Source: Octopus sinensis (taxonomy: Eukaryota). From it: a stretch of 39,664 nucleotides of DNA. Positions 28,252 to 39,664 of this stretch are shown one piece after another. The stretch's first letter is position 1, and the number at the start of each line of letters is the position of its first letter. The position numbers and the translations under genes were made by a program. Below the pieces are notes generated by a model. It was not told the origin of the DNA, made no database searches, and saw only the letters and a program-made list of their open reading frames with translations. The stretch covers positions 1 through 39,664 of the forward strand of contig NW_021826246.1 of the NCBI RefSeq assembly GCF_006345805.1, given 5' to 3'.

Positions 28252-29727
28252 CATAATAATAATGATGATGATGATGATGATGATGATGATAACAACAACA
28301 ACAACAACAACAACTATAATAATAATAATAATAATAATAATATGATGCAGTACCAGGCAGTGGCTCTCGTGGCTTCTGATCTTAACTGATTGGAAGTGTT
28401 ATCATGTACATTGTTTTGTCTTGGTATAAAAGATGGCCTACAGCAAATATTCTGCTCAATACCACAGATTTGCTTGTCAGTTGTTTGACCTTAACCAGTT
28501 GAGCATGTCCCTTAGAGGCTGACGATATGTGCATCTCTGATCACGAGCAGAAGTAGTGGGGGAGCATCATAGCCATGTTTGAGAGGGATTCTTTGGGGTT
28601 GAATAATTCACCTCTGGAACATGGGTTTGTTTCGTTCAACGTCCTTAAACAACCTTAATCAGGGACCTTTTGAGCAGGATGGGTTACTCGACCAGAAGAA
28701 AATTCTAACTGGGTCCCACATGCAAGGTCATGTGCTGTTTATCTTGATATGAGATCACTATGTCGCGCACATATGGTTGTGATGCATGTGCCTGGTGTAC
28801 CCTTATCAGACGGGTAGTCATGATGGGTATACTGGGCTTTGTATATTTTACCCCAGTGTCACTTTGATGGCATGAACTGCTCTCTCACTCAATAATAATA
28901 ATAATAATCATGATGACAATAACAACAACAACAACAACAATAATAATAATATTAATAATAATGATGATGATGATGGTTGTGGGGTTATGGTGATGGTGAT
29001 AATGATGATGATGATAATGATGGTAGTGGTGGTGATAGTGGTGATGGTGATGATGATGATGATGATGATGAAACGCCACATTCTGACACTTACTTTACTC
29101 TGTAATTCCTCAGCTTCTCTTAATTCAACCAATTTCTCATAATATTCCAGAACCATTTTCTTGTATTCACTTGCTTCTGTCTTTGACATCTGAACAACAG
29201 AGAAAAAGAAAAAAAGAAAAAATTAGAAAATTGGCTTCATGACCCCTTGTGCATATTGAAACAAAAATAAACAAGAGCTTACAGAGAACGCAAGCCTCCA
29301 CCAAGGCAACACCAATGTCCTCTCAACGATTAGCCAGGGATGATTTTTTTAAATGAGAATATCTGAAATAAACTCGACTGCTCTTACAAACGGGAATACT
29401 AAAAATGAATCTGACCGCTTTTAAAAATTAAGTAAGAAAACAGGAAAAATAATCCAGAATCCTTGTCCGGAATGAGATCGATCCCAAAATCTAATCAGTT
29501 CCTGCCAGCCATTGGACCAAACATCCATGAAAGTTTCATCTGAATCCATCTAGTGGTTCTTGAGATATCTTGGCCACAAACAAACAAACAAACATAACTG
29601 AAAACAATACCTCTGCCTTCGCTAAGGTTGAAGTAACAAGGGAGGTATCATAAGAATTCTCTGAGCTGATCACATAAAGAAATTGATGTTCATCTCCATT
29701 TTGGATTCAACATGAAAATGTGGTGTG

Positions 29728-29782
<55 letters not shown>

Positions 29783-31718
29783 ATAACATACATACACACA
29801 TATATCCATACACACATATATACATCCATATATTTTATATAATATATATATATATATATTTATATTTATATGATGGGTTCTGTCAGTGTCCATCAACCAA
29901 ACTCCTCACAAGGCATTAATCACACTGGGGTTATAGTAGAAGATAATTGCCTAAGTTGCTGTGCAGTGGGAATGAACTCAAAGCCACATATTTGAGAAGG
30001 GTATGTCTTAACCATACAGCCATACCTGTACTACATACAGTACAACATGCTCAACAGGTCTTCACTCCCACAGACTGATATTCCGTACGGTCGAGGGAGA
30101 TATTTGACTCAAGGCCACGAAACTGAAGTTACCTACCAACCTAAAAATGTCCCGTTGGAATAAATAATGTCTTACACACATACAAGAAGATCTACAGCCT
30201 TGCTGACATACAAGAACTGTGGTGTCACGATTATACAAAAGCCTCGGTCTTACAGATGTACAAGAGCTACAGTCTTCTGACGCTTAAGACAAAATATGGT
30301 TAGAAAAGAAGCGTACCAGTCCAATTCTGACAACATCCCGGAGAGACTGGTCGAGTTTATCAAATCGTCCGGTTTCCAAGAGATATTTTGCTATGGATTC
30401 TGAAGATTTTATCAAATCCTTGATATCATTTTCTGGGCTGTTGACAAGGGATTCTTCGAAAGCCACATTTTCTGGTAAACTCTGGAAAAGACAGAAGGAT
30501 TTTGGTAAGAACGTCGACAAAGAATAGTTATCATCATTATCATCAACATTACTGCCACCACTACCACCACAACCACCACCACCACCACACAGCCACCACC
30601 GCCACAACCACCACCACCACCGCCGCCGCTGCCACCACCGCCACCACCGCCACCACCACCACTACCACCACCACTACCACCACCACCACCACCACTACCA
30701 CCACCACCGCCGCCACCGCTGCCACCACCACCACCGCCACAACCACCACCACAACCACCACCACCACCACCACCACCACTACCGCCGCCACCGCCGCCAC
30801 CATCACCACTGCCACCACCGCCACCGCTGCCACCACCACCACCGCCACCACCGCCACCACCACTACCACCACCATTATCACTGCCGCCACTGCCACCGCA
30901 GTGGATTCCTTTTACTAATGAAGTGTTAAAGAATGGATTAGTTAAAAGCTCTGAAGGGCCAAGCAACGATGGTGATGGTGGCCCTGGCGGTATTAAAGCA
31001 TAATGGATTATCTCTACCTGATGTAATCCATAATCTCACGTACCTTCTTGAAAGCAGCTTTTTTCGCCTCTTGAAGATCATCCTCAAACAGATTGTCCTG
31101 GAATGTGTTGTGAATACCTTCAGCGGGTATATCAACTTCTGTTTTGGCTTCTACTTTCGGCTTGCTTCCTTTGGCCGCTCCGATCTTCCTGACTTTTTTC
31201 ACGGAGGAGACGACTTTGCCGTTGTTCCCATCGATGACTAGGGTAATGGAAAAGATACAACATAGAATGTGTGTGTGTGTGTGTGGTGTGTGTGTGTGAG
31301 TAGATACACCAAAGGCATCTCAAATTAATATTGGCATGTCTCAAATTTACATAAACAATTGATTCCAACTCAAAACAATGATTTAACACAAAAAGAAAGA
31401 CAACATTTAAAAAGATGTTTTTAATTTTTATAGAATTCTATTACTTTATTATGATTTAATAAACACAAAGAGTTATTAGGTTTTCATCTGCTTTAATAAA
31501 TAACTTGTAGATCATCATCATCGTCGTCGTCGTCATCGTCGTCGTCGTCATCATCATCATCATCATCATCATCATTACCATCATCACCATCATCATCATT
31601 ATCATCATCATCATCATCACCATCATCATCATTATCATCATCATCATCATCACCACCATCATCATTATCATCATCATCATCATCGTCATCATCATCATCG
31701 TCATCGTCATCGTCATCG

Positions 31719-31750
<32 letters not shown>

Positions 31751-31922
31751 GTCATCAACATCATCGTCATCGTCATCGTCATCGTCATTGTCATCATCAT
31801 CATCGTCATTGTCATCATCATCATCATCATCATCATCATCGTCATCAACATCATCGTCATCGTCATCGTCATCGTCATTGTCATCATCATCATCGTCATT
31901 GTCATCATCATCATTGTCATCA

Positions 31923-31957
<35 letters not shown>

Positions 31958-34303
31958 ATCATCATCACCACCATCATCATTATCATCATCATCCTCCTCC
32001 TCATCATCATCATCATCATCACCACCATTATCATTATCATCCTCATCATCATCACCATCATCATCATCATCACCATCATCACCATCATTTTCATCACCAC
32101 AACCACCACCACCATCATCACCATCATCATCTTCATCATTTATTTTATTTTATTTTATCTAGTTTCAGCTCACGAGCTGTGGCCATGCTGGGGCACCGCC
32201 ATCATGTTCATCTTCATTCAACATCAGCTTTTCATGCTGGCATGGGTTGGACAGCCTGACAGGAGCTGGCAAGCCTGAGGTTGGCCAGCACCAGGCTCCA
32301 GCTATCTTCTTTGCTAATCAGCTCACGATTGCAAGGACACAAGTTCGATTCCCGGCAGTGCCCTGTGTCCTTGAGCAAGACACTTTATTTCACTTTATTG
32401 CTCCACTCCACTCAGCTGGCAAAAAATGAGTCGTACCTGTAATTACAGAAGGACCAGCCTTGTCTTATTCTGTGTCATGCTGAATCTCCCAGAGAACTAC
32501 GTTAAGGGTACGTGTCTCTGTGGAGTACTCGGCCACTTGCACGTTAATTTCACGAGCAGGTTTTTCAGTGGGTCAGGCCAGCTGGAACCTTCATCGCCGA
32601 TACCGACGAAGTACCGGTGTCTGAATCTCCCAGAGAACTACGTTAAGGGTACTGTGTCTCTGTGGAGTACTCGGCCACTTGCACGTTAATATCACGAGCA
32701 GGTCTTTCAGTGGGTCGGGCCAGCTGGAACCTTCATCGCCGATACCGACGAAGTACCGGTGTCTGAATCTCACAGACAACTACGTTAAGGGTACTGTGTC
32801 TCTGTGGAGTACTCGGCCACTTGCACGTTAATTTCACGGGCAGGTTTTTCAGTGGATCGGGCCAGCTGGAACCTTCATCGCCGATACCGACGAAGTACCG
32901 GTGTCTGAATCTCACAGAGAACTACGTTAAGGGTACTGTGTCTCTGTGGAGTACTCAGCCACATGCATGCTAATTTCACAAGCAGGCTAATCTGTAGATC
33001 TTGATCAACAGGGTCCGTCCTCATCCCAACCGGCAGACCACCGGTTGTCAGTGCCATACCAAAAAGTAACAGAAAGCAGCTTGTTGGTACTTCAATAATT
33101 TCTCTAATAGATAATCAATAACCAATAATCAATAATCAATAATCAATAAATTAGTGATTACAAATAATACAATATTAGCTCAATCATTGATCACGATGTG
33201 ATTGATGATTGATCTAGTATGTAATATAAATTCGTGATTACGACTATTGATTATTGATAACCAATTACAGAAATTATTGAAAATGGAATTATTGAAATGT
33301 CTACAAGTTCCTTCATGCTCTTCCTTCATACACACACACACACACTATATATATATATCATCGTCATCATCATCGTTTAACGTCCGTTTTCCATGCTAGC
33401 ATGGGTTGGACAGTTCGACCGGTGTCTGGGAAGCCAGGAGGCTGCACCAGGCTCCAGTCTGATCTGGCAGTGTTTTTTACAACTGGATGCCCTTCCTAAA
33501 GCCAACCACTCCGTGAGTGTAGTGGGTGCTTTTTATGTGTCACCGGCACAGGTGCCAGGAGAGGCTGGCAGTGGCCAAAATCAGTTGGTGCGGTTCATCT
33601 ATCATGGTTTATCATTTAAGATTACATCGATTCCTCCATGGTGTTGTTTTGCATTCATAATGAAATAAATATAAACAAATTATGAAAATAATAAAAAAAA
33701 AATATACACTACTACTTCACAGATTTTCACCTATTGCAGGGAGTTTTGGAATGTAACACCTGTGATAGTCGAGGGATTACTGCAAATGGTGGCAAACTGG
33801 CAGAATTGCTAGCATACACACACACACACATCACAACATATATAATATATATATATATATATATAATATATATATACATATATGAAAATATGGGATGAGA
33901 TGATTAGGCACTGCTGTTCATGATTTGGCACAGTTGACTGGATATTCGTCCTATTCTGATGACAGTAGAATTTTAGAGAAATACACACACATACACACAC
34001 ACACACACACACCACACACACACACACACGTGCATTTGCACGCAGAAAACAGAGAACAACATTACAATTTATTAATTGAACATGATTGACATAACTATTT
34101 TTCTCTCTTCATATGCATAAGTAGAGAGAGGGGGTGAGAGAGAGGTGGGGGAAAGAGAGAGAGAGGGGGAAAGAGGGAGAGAAAGAGAGAGATATTACGA
34201 TTCTTAATCAGACACAAGTAACAAAGTTTTCCTCTCCTCAGGCGCATAATTAGAAATATTCTCACACACATAAACAGAGAAAGAGTGAAAGAGAGGAGAG
34301 GGT

Positions 34304-34334
<31 letters not shown>

Positions 34335-36004
34335 AAGAGAGGAAGACAAAGAGATGGAAATAGAGAGAGTGTAGAGAAAGCGTGAGAGAGGGGAAGAGAA
34401 GCATTAAAACAAGGAAAACAAGAAAAAAAAGAAAAGCAAGGAAAAGGTCTGATATGAAATAAGTGAGTGAGGAATGAGCAGAGTCAAACAAGCAATGCCG
34501 AGAGGGCTGTGCCAAAACGTCTCATTCCTTACTAAAGTGAGCATTATTGATAGGAGAACACGGAACGGAATGGAGCAGAAACTTACCATTATTTGTAGTC
34601 TTTAATGTCTTCTCTGATTTCCCATTATTCTCAACAATTTTGATATCACTCGAAGACTGCAACACTGCATGGTTGACCTTCTCCTTTTGCAGTTTCGCTA
34701 AGTCTTCCAGTTCCTTCTCTTGTTCATGAAGTTTGGCTGGCACTTTGGATTTTACTGTTTCTGCTGATTTGGCTGCAAAACATGAAGAAATTGACATTGA
34801 CTTTTTTTTAGGTCTGGTGGTACGTAAAAAGCACTATCCAACTCGTGGCCGATGCCAGCGCTGCCTCCACTGGCTTCCGTGCCGGTGGCACGTAAAATAC
34901 ACCAATCCGACCGTATGACAGGCACCCATACCAACCCCCTTTACTTGCGAAGACATGTTGGGGCAAGCGAAATCGAAATCGAATTGAACCAGCCAGGATC
35001 CCTGGTCTGGTGGTACGTAAAAAGCACTATCCGACTTGTGGCCGATGCCAGCGTTGCCTCCACTGGCTTCCGTGCCGGTGGCACGTAAATACCACCAATC
35101 CGACCATACCGACAGGCACCCATGCCAACCCCCTTTGCTTGCGAAGACATGTTGGGGCAAGCGAAATCGAAATTGAATTGAACCAGCCAGATCCGGTCTA
35201 GTGGTACGTAAAAGCACTATCCGACTCGTGGCCGATGCCAGCGCCGCCTCGACTGGCTTCCGTGCCGGTGGCACATAAATACACCAATCCAACCGTGGCC
35301 GTTGCCAGCCTCGCCTGCACCTGTGCAGGTGGCACGTAAAAAGCACCCACTACACTCACGGAGTGGTTGGCGTTAGGAAGGGCATCCAGCTGTAGAAACA
35401 TTGCCAGATAAGACTGGAGCCTGGTGCAGCCTCCTGGCTTCCCAGATCCCCGGTCGAACCGTCCAACCTATGCTAGCATGGAGAACGGACGTTAAACGTT
35501 GATGATGATCATCATGATGATCAACTTGCCTGAAATCTCCAGTTCTAAATTATTCATATTCTAATTCGTTCATCATCATCATCGTTTAACGTCCGCTTTC
35601 CATGCTAGCATGGGTTGGACGATTTTGGCTAAGGGCTGGCGAACCAGATGGCCGCACCAGGCTCCAATCTGATCTGGCAGTGTTTCTACAGCTGGATGCC
35701 CTTCTTAACGCCAACCACTCCGAGAGTGCAGTGGGTGCTTTTTACATACCACCGGCACAGGGGCCACTCAGGCGGTACTGGCAACGACCTCGCTCGAATC
35801 TTTTTACACATGCCACCAACACAAGTGCCAGTGAAGCAACGTTGGTAACGATCACGCTCGAATGGTGCCCTTTAATGGGCCATGGCACGGGGGGGGGGGA
35901 GAATTTTATTCTGTGAACTGTGCATGTGATGTAGACCCTTATTACTTACTGCCTTTCTCTTCTTGACTTACATGTTTGCTTTCTGTCCCCTGTTTTATTC
36001 TTTT
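25398..36004 (-). CDS. Spliced gene 2, uncharacterised charged protein, 5'-partial. Complement join 36004-35972, 34772-34587, 31237-31044, 30481-30317, 29189-29094, 28194-27858, 27205-27116, 26007-25720, 25426-25398 (1418 nt, at least 471 aa, ending ..KKQDPESKRKSA*)
   Basis: All junctions GT-AG with matching phases (1,1,0,0,0,1,1,1) and no internal stop; AATAAA about 70 nt after the stop. No family recognised with confidence. The first listed exon has alternative boundaries. Confidence 0.8.
25720..26007 (-). CDS. Gene 2 penultimate exon (acidic E/EA tract then basic Arg/Lys tract)
   Basis: gatcttcgcag acceptor, weak g|gtttgt donor; 288 nt, phase 1 to 1. Confidence 0.8.
26296..26492 (+). mobile_element. 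Truncated, rearranged copy of the AAT-flanked element E
   Basis: Matches 28345-28490. Confidence 0.85.
26818..27040. mobile_element. Tc1/mariner-type MITE, about 225 bp
   Basis: Imperfect TIRs tatgaagtaggatgctgaaaagttcctggct / aagccagcaacttttcagtacccccttgta with TA ends. Confidence 0.7.
27116..27205 (-). CDS. Gene 2 exon (GYPESESVLNTISDSQPTSRAEREKIQRII)
   Basis: gtcttgtctttttag acceptor, g|gtaagg donor; 90 nt, phase 1 to 1. Confidence 0.82.
27571..27727 (-). mobile_element. SINE family A head; further fragments at 27300-27350 and 29870-30030
   Basis: High identity to 4130-4285. Confidence 0.85.
27858..28194 (-). CDS. Gene 2 exon, acidic Tyr/Pro-rich (LNAPPLDYAEQDY..DWLTGLLEQANYG)
   Basis: ctctttcag acceptor, g|gtaact donor; GC-rich coding island; phase 0 to 1. 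Confidence 0.88.
28343..28890 (+). mobile_element. About 550-bp interspersed element E embedded in (AAT)n on both sides
   Basis: Second partial copy at 26296, also after (AAT)n; no ORF. Class unknown; microsatellite-targeted retroelement derivative suspected. Confidence 0.7.
29094..29189 (-). CDS. Gene 2 exon (MSKTEASEYKKMVLEYYEKLVELREAEELQSK)
   Basis: tttttctctgttgttcag acceptor, aaa|gtaagt donor; 96 nt, phase 0 to 0. Confidence 0.88.
29270..29637 (-). mobile_element. Second HINE-like element
   Basis: Diverged reverse complement of 8490-8856. Confidence 0.6.
30317..30481 (-). CDS. Gene 2 exon (SLPENVAFEES..AKYLLETGRFDKLDQSLRDVVRIGL)
   Basis: ttctgtcttttccag acceptor, ctg|gtacgc donor; 165 nt, phase 0 to 0. 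Confidence 0.85.
30535..30900. repeat. (ACC/GCC)n mosaic in a gene 2 intron
   Basis: Seen directly. Confidence 0.95.
31044..31237 (-). CDS. Gene 2 exon (VIDGNNGKVVSSVKKVRK..DNLFEDDLQEAKKAAFKK)
   Basis: ttttccattaccctag acceptor, aag|gtacgt donor; phase 1 to 0. Confidence 0.85.
31511..32136. repeat. (CAT/CGT)n microsatellite with internal block duplication
   Basis: Seen directly; the block gtcatcaacatcatcgtcatcgtc..attgtcatc occurs twice (about 31751 and 31841). Confidence 0.95.
32335..33055 (+). mobile_element. SINE family C whose 3' 142 bp is tandemly amplified x4
   Basis: Units start at tgaatctc at 32481, 32622, 32764, 32906. Confidence 0.88.
33360..33580 (-). mobile_element. Family B element
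   Basis: Roughly 90% identical by eye to the reverse complement of 35320-35510. Confidence 0.85.
34587..34772 (-). CDS. Gene 2 exon (KSAETVKSKVPAKLHEQEKELEDLAKLQKEK..KTTNN)
   Basis: ttcttcatgttttgcag acceptor, g|gtaagt donor; 186 nt, phase 1 to 1. Confidence 0.85.
34811..35515 (+). mobile_element. Family B element with its upstream 191-193 bp tandemly triplicated
   Basis: Units start at 34811, 35004, 35195; the third runs into the canonical B tail. Confidence 0.85.
35572..35890 (-). mobile_element. Family B element, tail-to-tail with the preceding copy
   Basis: Begins catcatcatcgtttaacgtccgctttccatgctagcatgggttggac. Confidence 0.85.
35972..36004 (-). CDS. Gene 2 candidate exon (KNKTGDRKQT); alternative acceptor at 36023 would begin ATG (MHYGLSEKNK..)
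   Basis: Strong donor t|gtaagt in phase 1 matches the next exon. Two possible acceptors (36004, 36023) and a second gtaagt donor at 35950. Confidence 0.5.
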
Positions 36005-36289
36005 CTGACAAGCCGTAATGCATCTGAGCCCCGTACACAATAAGCTCATTATTATAACACACACAGACACAGACACACGGACACACAGACACACGGACAC
36101 ACACAGACACACAAGCACAAACACACCTGGCATTAAATAAAGTGTTATGGAAATTAGTAACTCCAGTTTCAGTTATGATAAAAAAAAATTTTACATTAAT
36201 TTGACAGGTTGATCTGTGTGTTTGTAGGGTATAAATTTATTCTTGAACAAGATTATTGATAACAGTGATTTTGAAGTTTCGGCCAGCTA

Positions 36290-36487
36290 TACACACACAC
36301 AGACACACAGACACACAGACACACACACACGCAAATAGATAGATAGATAGGTACATAGATAGATATGGATATAGATACAAATAGAGATGTATATGTACAT
36401 ATATATATTATATATTATATATATATTTATTAATAATATATATATATATTTAAAATATATACATATATATGTATATATGTTTATATA

Positions 36488-36518
<31 letters not shown>

Positions 36519-36519
36519 T

Positions 36520-36566
<47 letters not shown>

Positions 36567-36636
36567 ATATAAAGACATATATATTAGAGAAAGAGTAAAA
36601 GAGTGAGACAAATTATATACACACATACTTACATAC

Positions 36637-36692
<56 letters not shown>

Positions 36693-36826
36693 ATATATAT
36701 ATATACACTACATAATACATGTGTAGATAATTACATAACATACCTAAGCATATGTTGACAGAGAGATACAAACAAAACCAAACACACACACACACATGCA
36801 CACATAAACACACACAAACATAAACG

Positions 36827-36862
<36 letters not shown>

Positions 36863-37685
36863 TACACGTGCATCTGTAAATATAGGGACGCATATGGCGA
36901 CACGGCTCCTCACATGGTTGTCGACAGGCATCGACAGGCATCGGAACATGTGACCTGTAACCGCGCCCAGCTTCCCCCCCCCCCCAACCCCCCAACCCCT
37001 CGTTGCTGTTCGATCTGTTTATTTATTCAAACATTAATTATCAGCTGATACAGAGCTGCTGTCGGATTTTTGTTTGAGTGACAGGGAAAATGAAAATGAA
37101 AATGATCGGGAGAAGGTGGAAAGCTGGGAATGTGAAACTGTGATGTGTGACGGGTGCCTGGGTGTTGCAGTGCTTGGCGGCAGTTGGATTGTGTAACGAG
37201 ATATTTTGTGTGTAGATGTGTGTATATATTTGTGTGTCTGTGTGTGTATGTTTATTTGTTGTTTTTTTATTTGTGTTCTTTTTAAAAATTGGTTGTTATG
37301 TTATATTTTATATTATATAATAATGTAAATAAATTGTTAGATTGTCAAATGTATTTCTCTGTTTCATTAATTATTTGTAATTTGTATTCATACCCTTATT
37401 TCTGTGGTATATATATATTTATATAACTAAAAATAAGGGTGTCTGAGAGGACACCCTTATTTTTAGTTATAAAAAAATTATTACCTTTGTACGGTATTTT
37501 TTCCCATGCTGGCCACTTAATAATATTGATATTTAAATATCGATATTATCCTTATTTATAAATTTATATATTTATATATATATACCAGTACCAGTTGTGT
37601 ACTGAGCGGGGGGGTAGGTGTTGATGTAAACAAATTTAACCCCTCCCCCGGAAGTTGCTGGCCTTGTGCAAAAGCTTGAAGCCAC

Positions 37686-37725
<40 letters not shown>

Positions 37726-38330
37726 GGCATGGTGTTGTTAGTGGTGGTCATATTGGGCTTTTTGTCTAAGAATGTTGAATGTCAACTGCTGTTTACATTC
37801 GGGTAATAGACATTCCATATATGGCAATCAATAGTGAAAGTTTTGGAAGCATAAATGGATAAATAAATAAAGTAAAAAACTTCTAATGTACAGGTTTTAT
37901 ATAATGACAATCAATGCTGACCACCCCCACTGACAATGAATGTAATGGTGTGTATATGTATGCATGTATGAATGTATATATGTGTGTGTGTGTATATGCG
38001 TGTGTATGTGTGTATATATATATATATGTGTGTGTATCGATATTTGTATGTATATATGTATGTATGTATGTTTGTGTGTGTATATATGTGTGTGTATTTA
38101 TGTGTTTATATATATATATGTATCTATATTTGTATGTATGTATATATGTATGTATGTGTGTGTATATGTAGGTATGTATGTATGAATGATGTATGTGTAT
38201 GTGTATTATGGTATGTATATACGTATGCATGTATGTATGTATATTTGTATCTATAAATGTATGTATGTATGTGGTGTTTGTTTTGGCATGTATATGTGTG
38301 TATGTGAATGTAATATATTAATATGTATAC

Positions 38331-38389
<59 letters not shown>

Positions 38390-38514
38390 ATATATATATA
38401 TATATATATACGAATGTATCTATATATGTATGTGTTATGTAAGAATGTGTGTATGTTTCTACGTATGTACGTACGAATGTGTGTGTATGTATGTATGCGT
38501 GTATGTATGTATGT

Positions 38515-38557
<43 letters not shown>

Positions 38558-39147
38558 TACAGTCACAGATCAGTGTTTAGGAATTCTTCGAATCTCATGA
38601 CAAACGTGTTCCATATGTTGACTTTCTTAGAGTTTCCAGAAATTTCTATTTATGGAAGCAACCTGGACGGCGGAGACAAACGCACACACACACACACATA
38701 TACACATGCACAAACACAAAATCTATTTTGTACAAATGCATACAAACATACACACACACACAAACACACATACACACACACACATATATATGTATATATT
38801 AGTATAGCTATGTGTGTGTGTATGTGTGTGTATATATATAAGCGTATCTATATTTAGCAACATATATATAATGGCTTGTAAACATTTAATTATTAAGGAG
38901 AAAAATTAGCAGGAAAGTATTTTCTATTGCTTTTACACTTACAGACACCCACACACACACAGAGGTAGATAGATAGATTGATTGATATACCTATACAGAG
39001 ATATATATATAGATGCACACACACATATAATACATACATACATACATACATACATACATACATACATACATACATACATACATACATACATACATACATA
39101 CATACATACATACATACATACATACATACATACATACATACATACTA

Positions 39148-39181
<34 letters not shown>

Positions 39182-39261
39182 TATTATATATATATATACA
39201 CACACACCATATATGAGACAGAGAAAAAGAGAAAGATAAAGATAGATAGAGATAGATAGAT

Positions 39262-39302
<41 letters not shown>

Positions 39303-39664
39303 GATAGATAGATAGAGATAGATAGATATAGATAAATAGATATAGATAGATAGATAGATAGACAGATAGATAGACAGATAGATAGATAGATAGATCTCAA
39401 CATATATACACCATATCACCATATATATACACATATATATGCATACATACATACACTCACATACATACACACATATACACAGGCACATAGAAGTATAAAC
39501 ACACCCATTCGCCTACTCACATACACACCCACACAGATAACTATACAAATACAAACATACACACACCCACAAATAAACGTGGGCACATGTGTACATACAG
39601 GCACACCTACACATATACACCTGCGCATATACACCTGCGCATATACACCTGCGCATATACACCT
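36290..39664. repeat. Dense (TA)n, (CA)n, (CATA)n and (GATA)n microsatellite region with small unique islands
   Basis: Blocks at about 36290-36870, 37950-38555, 38680-38870, 39030-39145 (CATA) and 39235-39395 (GATA). Confidence 0.9.
38561..38662 (-). other. Candidate upstream (probably non-coding) exon of gene 2
   Basis: Unique island within microsatellites with acceptor tttgtctccgccgtccag and donor gtaagc; all three frames contain stops. Confidence 0.35.

Noticed and set aside
30412-30966. Gly-rich 184-aa minus-strand ORF between gene 2 exons
   Set aside because: GGT/GGC repeat; the flanking exons join in phase 0 without it and no good splice sites bound it.
31456-32162. Poly-Met and poly-Ser ORFs
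   Set aside because: (CAT)n microsatellite.
32481-33055. Regularly spaced repeats as a possible CRISPR array (also 10372-10855 and 34811-35300)
   Set aside because: Whole units repeat with no unique spacers; they derive from SINE-like repeats in eukaryotic introns, with no cas genes.
33895-33965. C/D-box snoRNA candidate (ATGATT..CTGA)
   Set aside because: Imperfect C box, no terminal stem and no recognisable rRNA antisense element.
37729-38700. + strand mini-gene MVLLVVVILGFLSKNVECQLLFTFG spliced in phase to 38563
   Set aside because: The hydrophobicity comes from GTT/GGT-type low complexity after an (ATT)n tract, a phase match has a 1-in-3 chance, and the second part runs into (CA)n.
39612-39664. 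14-bp tandem repeat catatacacctgcg containing TGCGCA
   Set aside because: Truncated by the window edge and derived from the surrounding CA/TA microsatellite; no evidence of function.

Overview
Eukaryotic, intron-rich, microsatellite-saturated DNA. The repeat families (tRNA-headed SINEs, RTE-type 'cgttaaacgatgatg' tails, AAT-flanked elements) look like an octopus or other coleoid cephalopod genome; this is inference from recalled repeat families, not a database hit. I reconstructed two convergent multi-exon genes by hand from GT-AG junctions and phase matching. (1) A + strand 11-exon CDS, 5615-21622 (3180 nt, 1059 aa), with two ankyrin repeats followed by a coiled-coil region resembling synphilin-1 (SNCAIP). 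(2) A - strand gene with at least 9 coding exons, 36004-25398 (at least 471 aa, 5' end unresolved), encoding a charged protein rich in dibasic sites with a weak secretogranin-III-like motif. The rest is SINEs, MITEs, a Helentron-associated-type element, a Dong/R4-like LINE remnant, Penelope-like remnants and simple repeats. Most ORFs in the supplied track are microsatellite artefacts. The best leads are a 93-codon coding-like in-frame extension behind the UAG stop of gene 1 (readthrough, A-to-I stop loss or alternative acceptor), a hammerhead-like motif at 22820-22910, perfect or near-perfect fold-back elements, a CRE cluster at 1816-1854, and inverted SINE pairs around a frame-symmetric exon of gene 2. 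No CRISPR, rRNA or true tRNA gene is supported.
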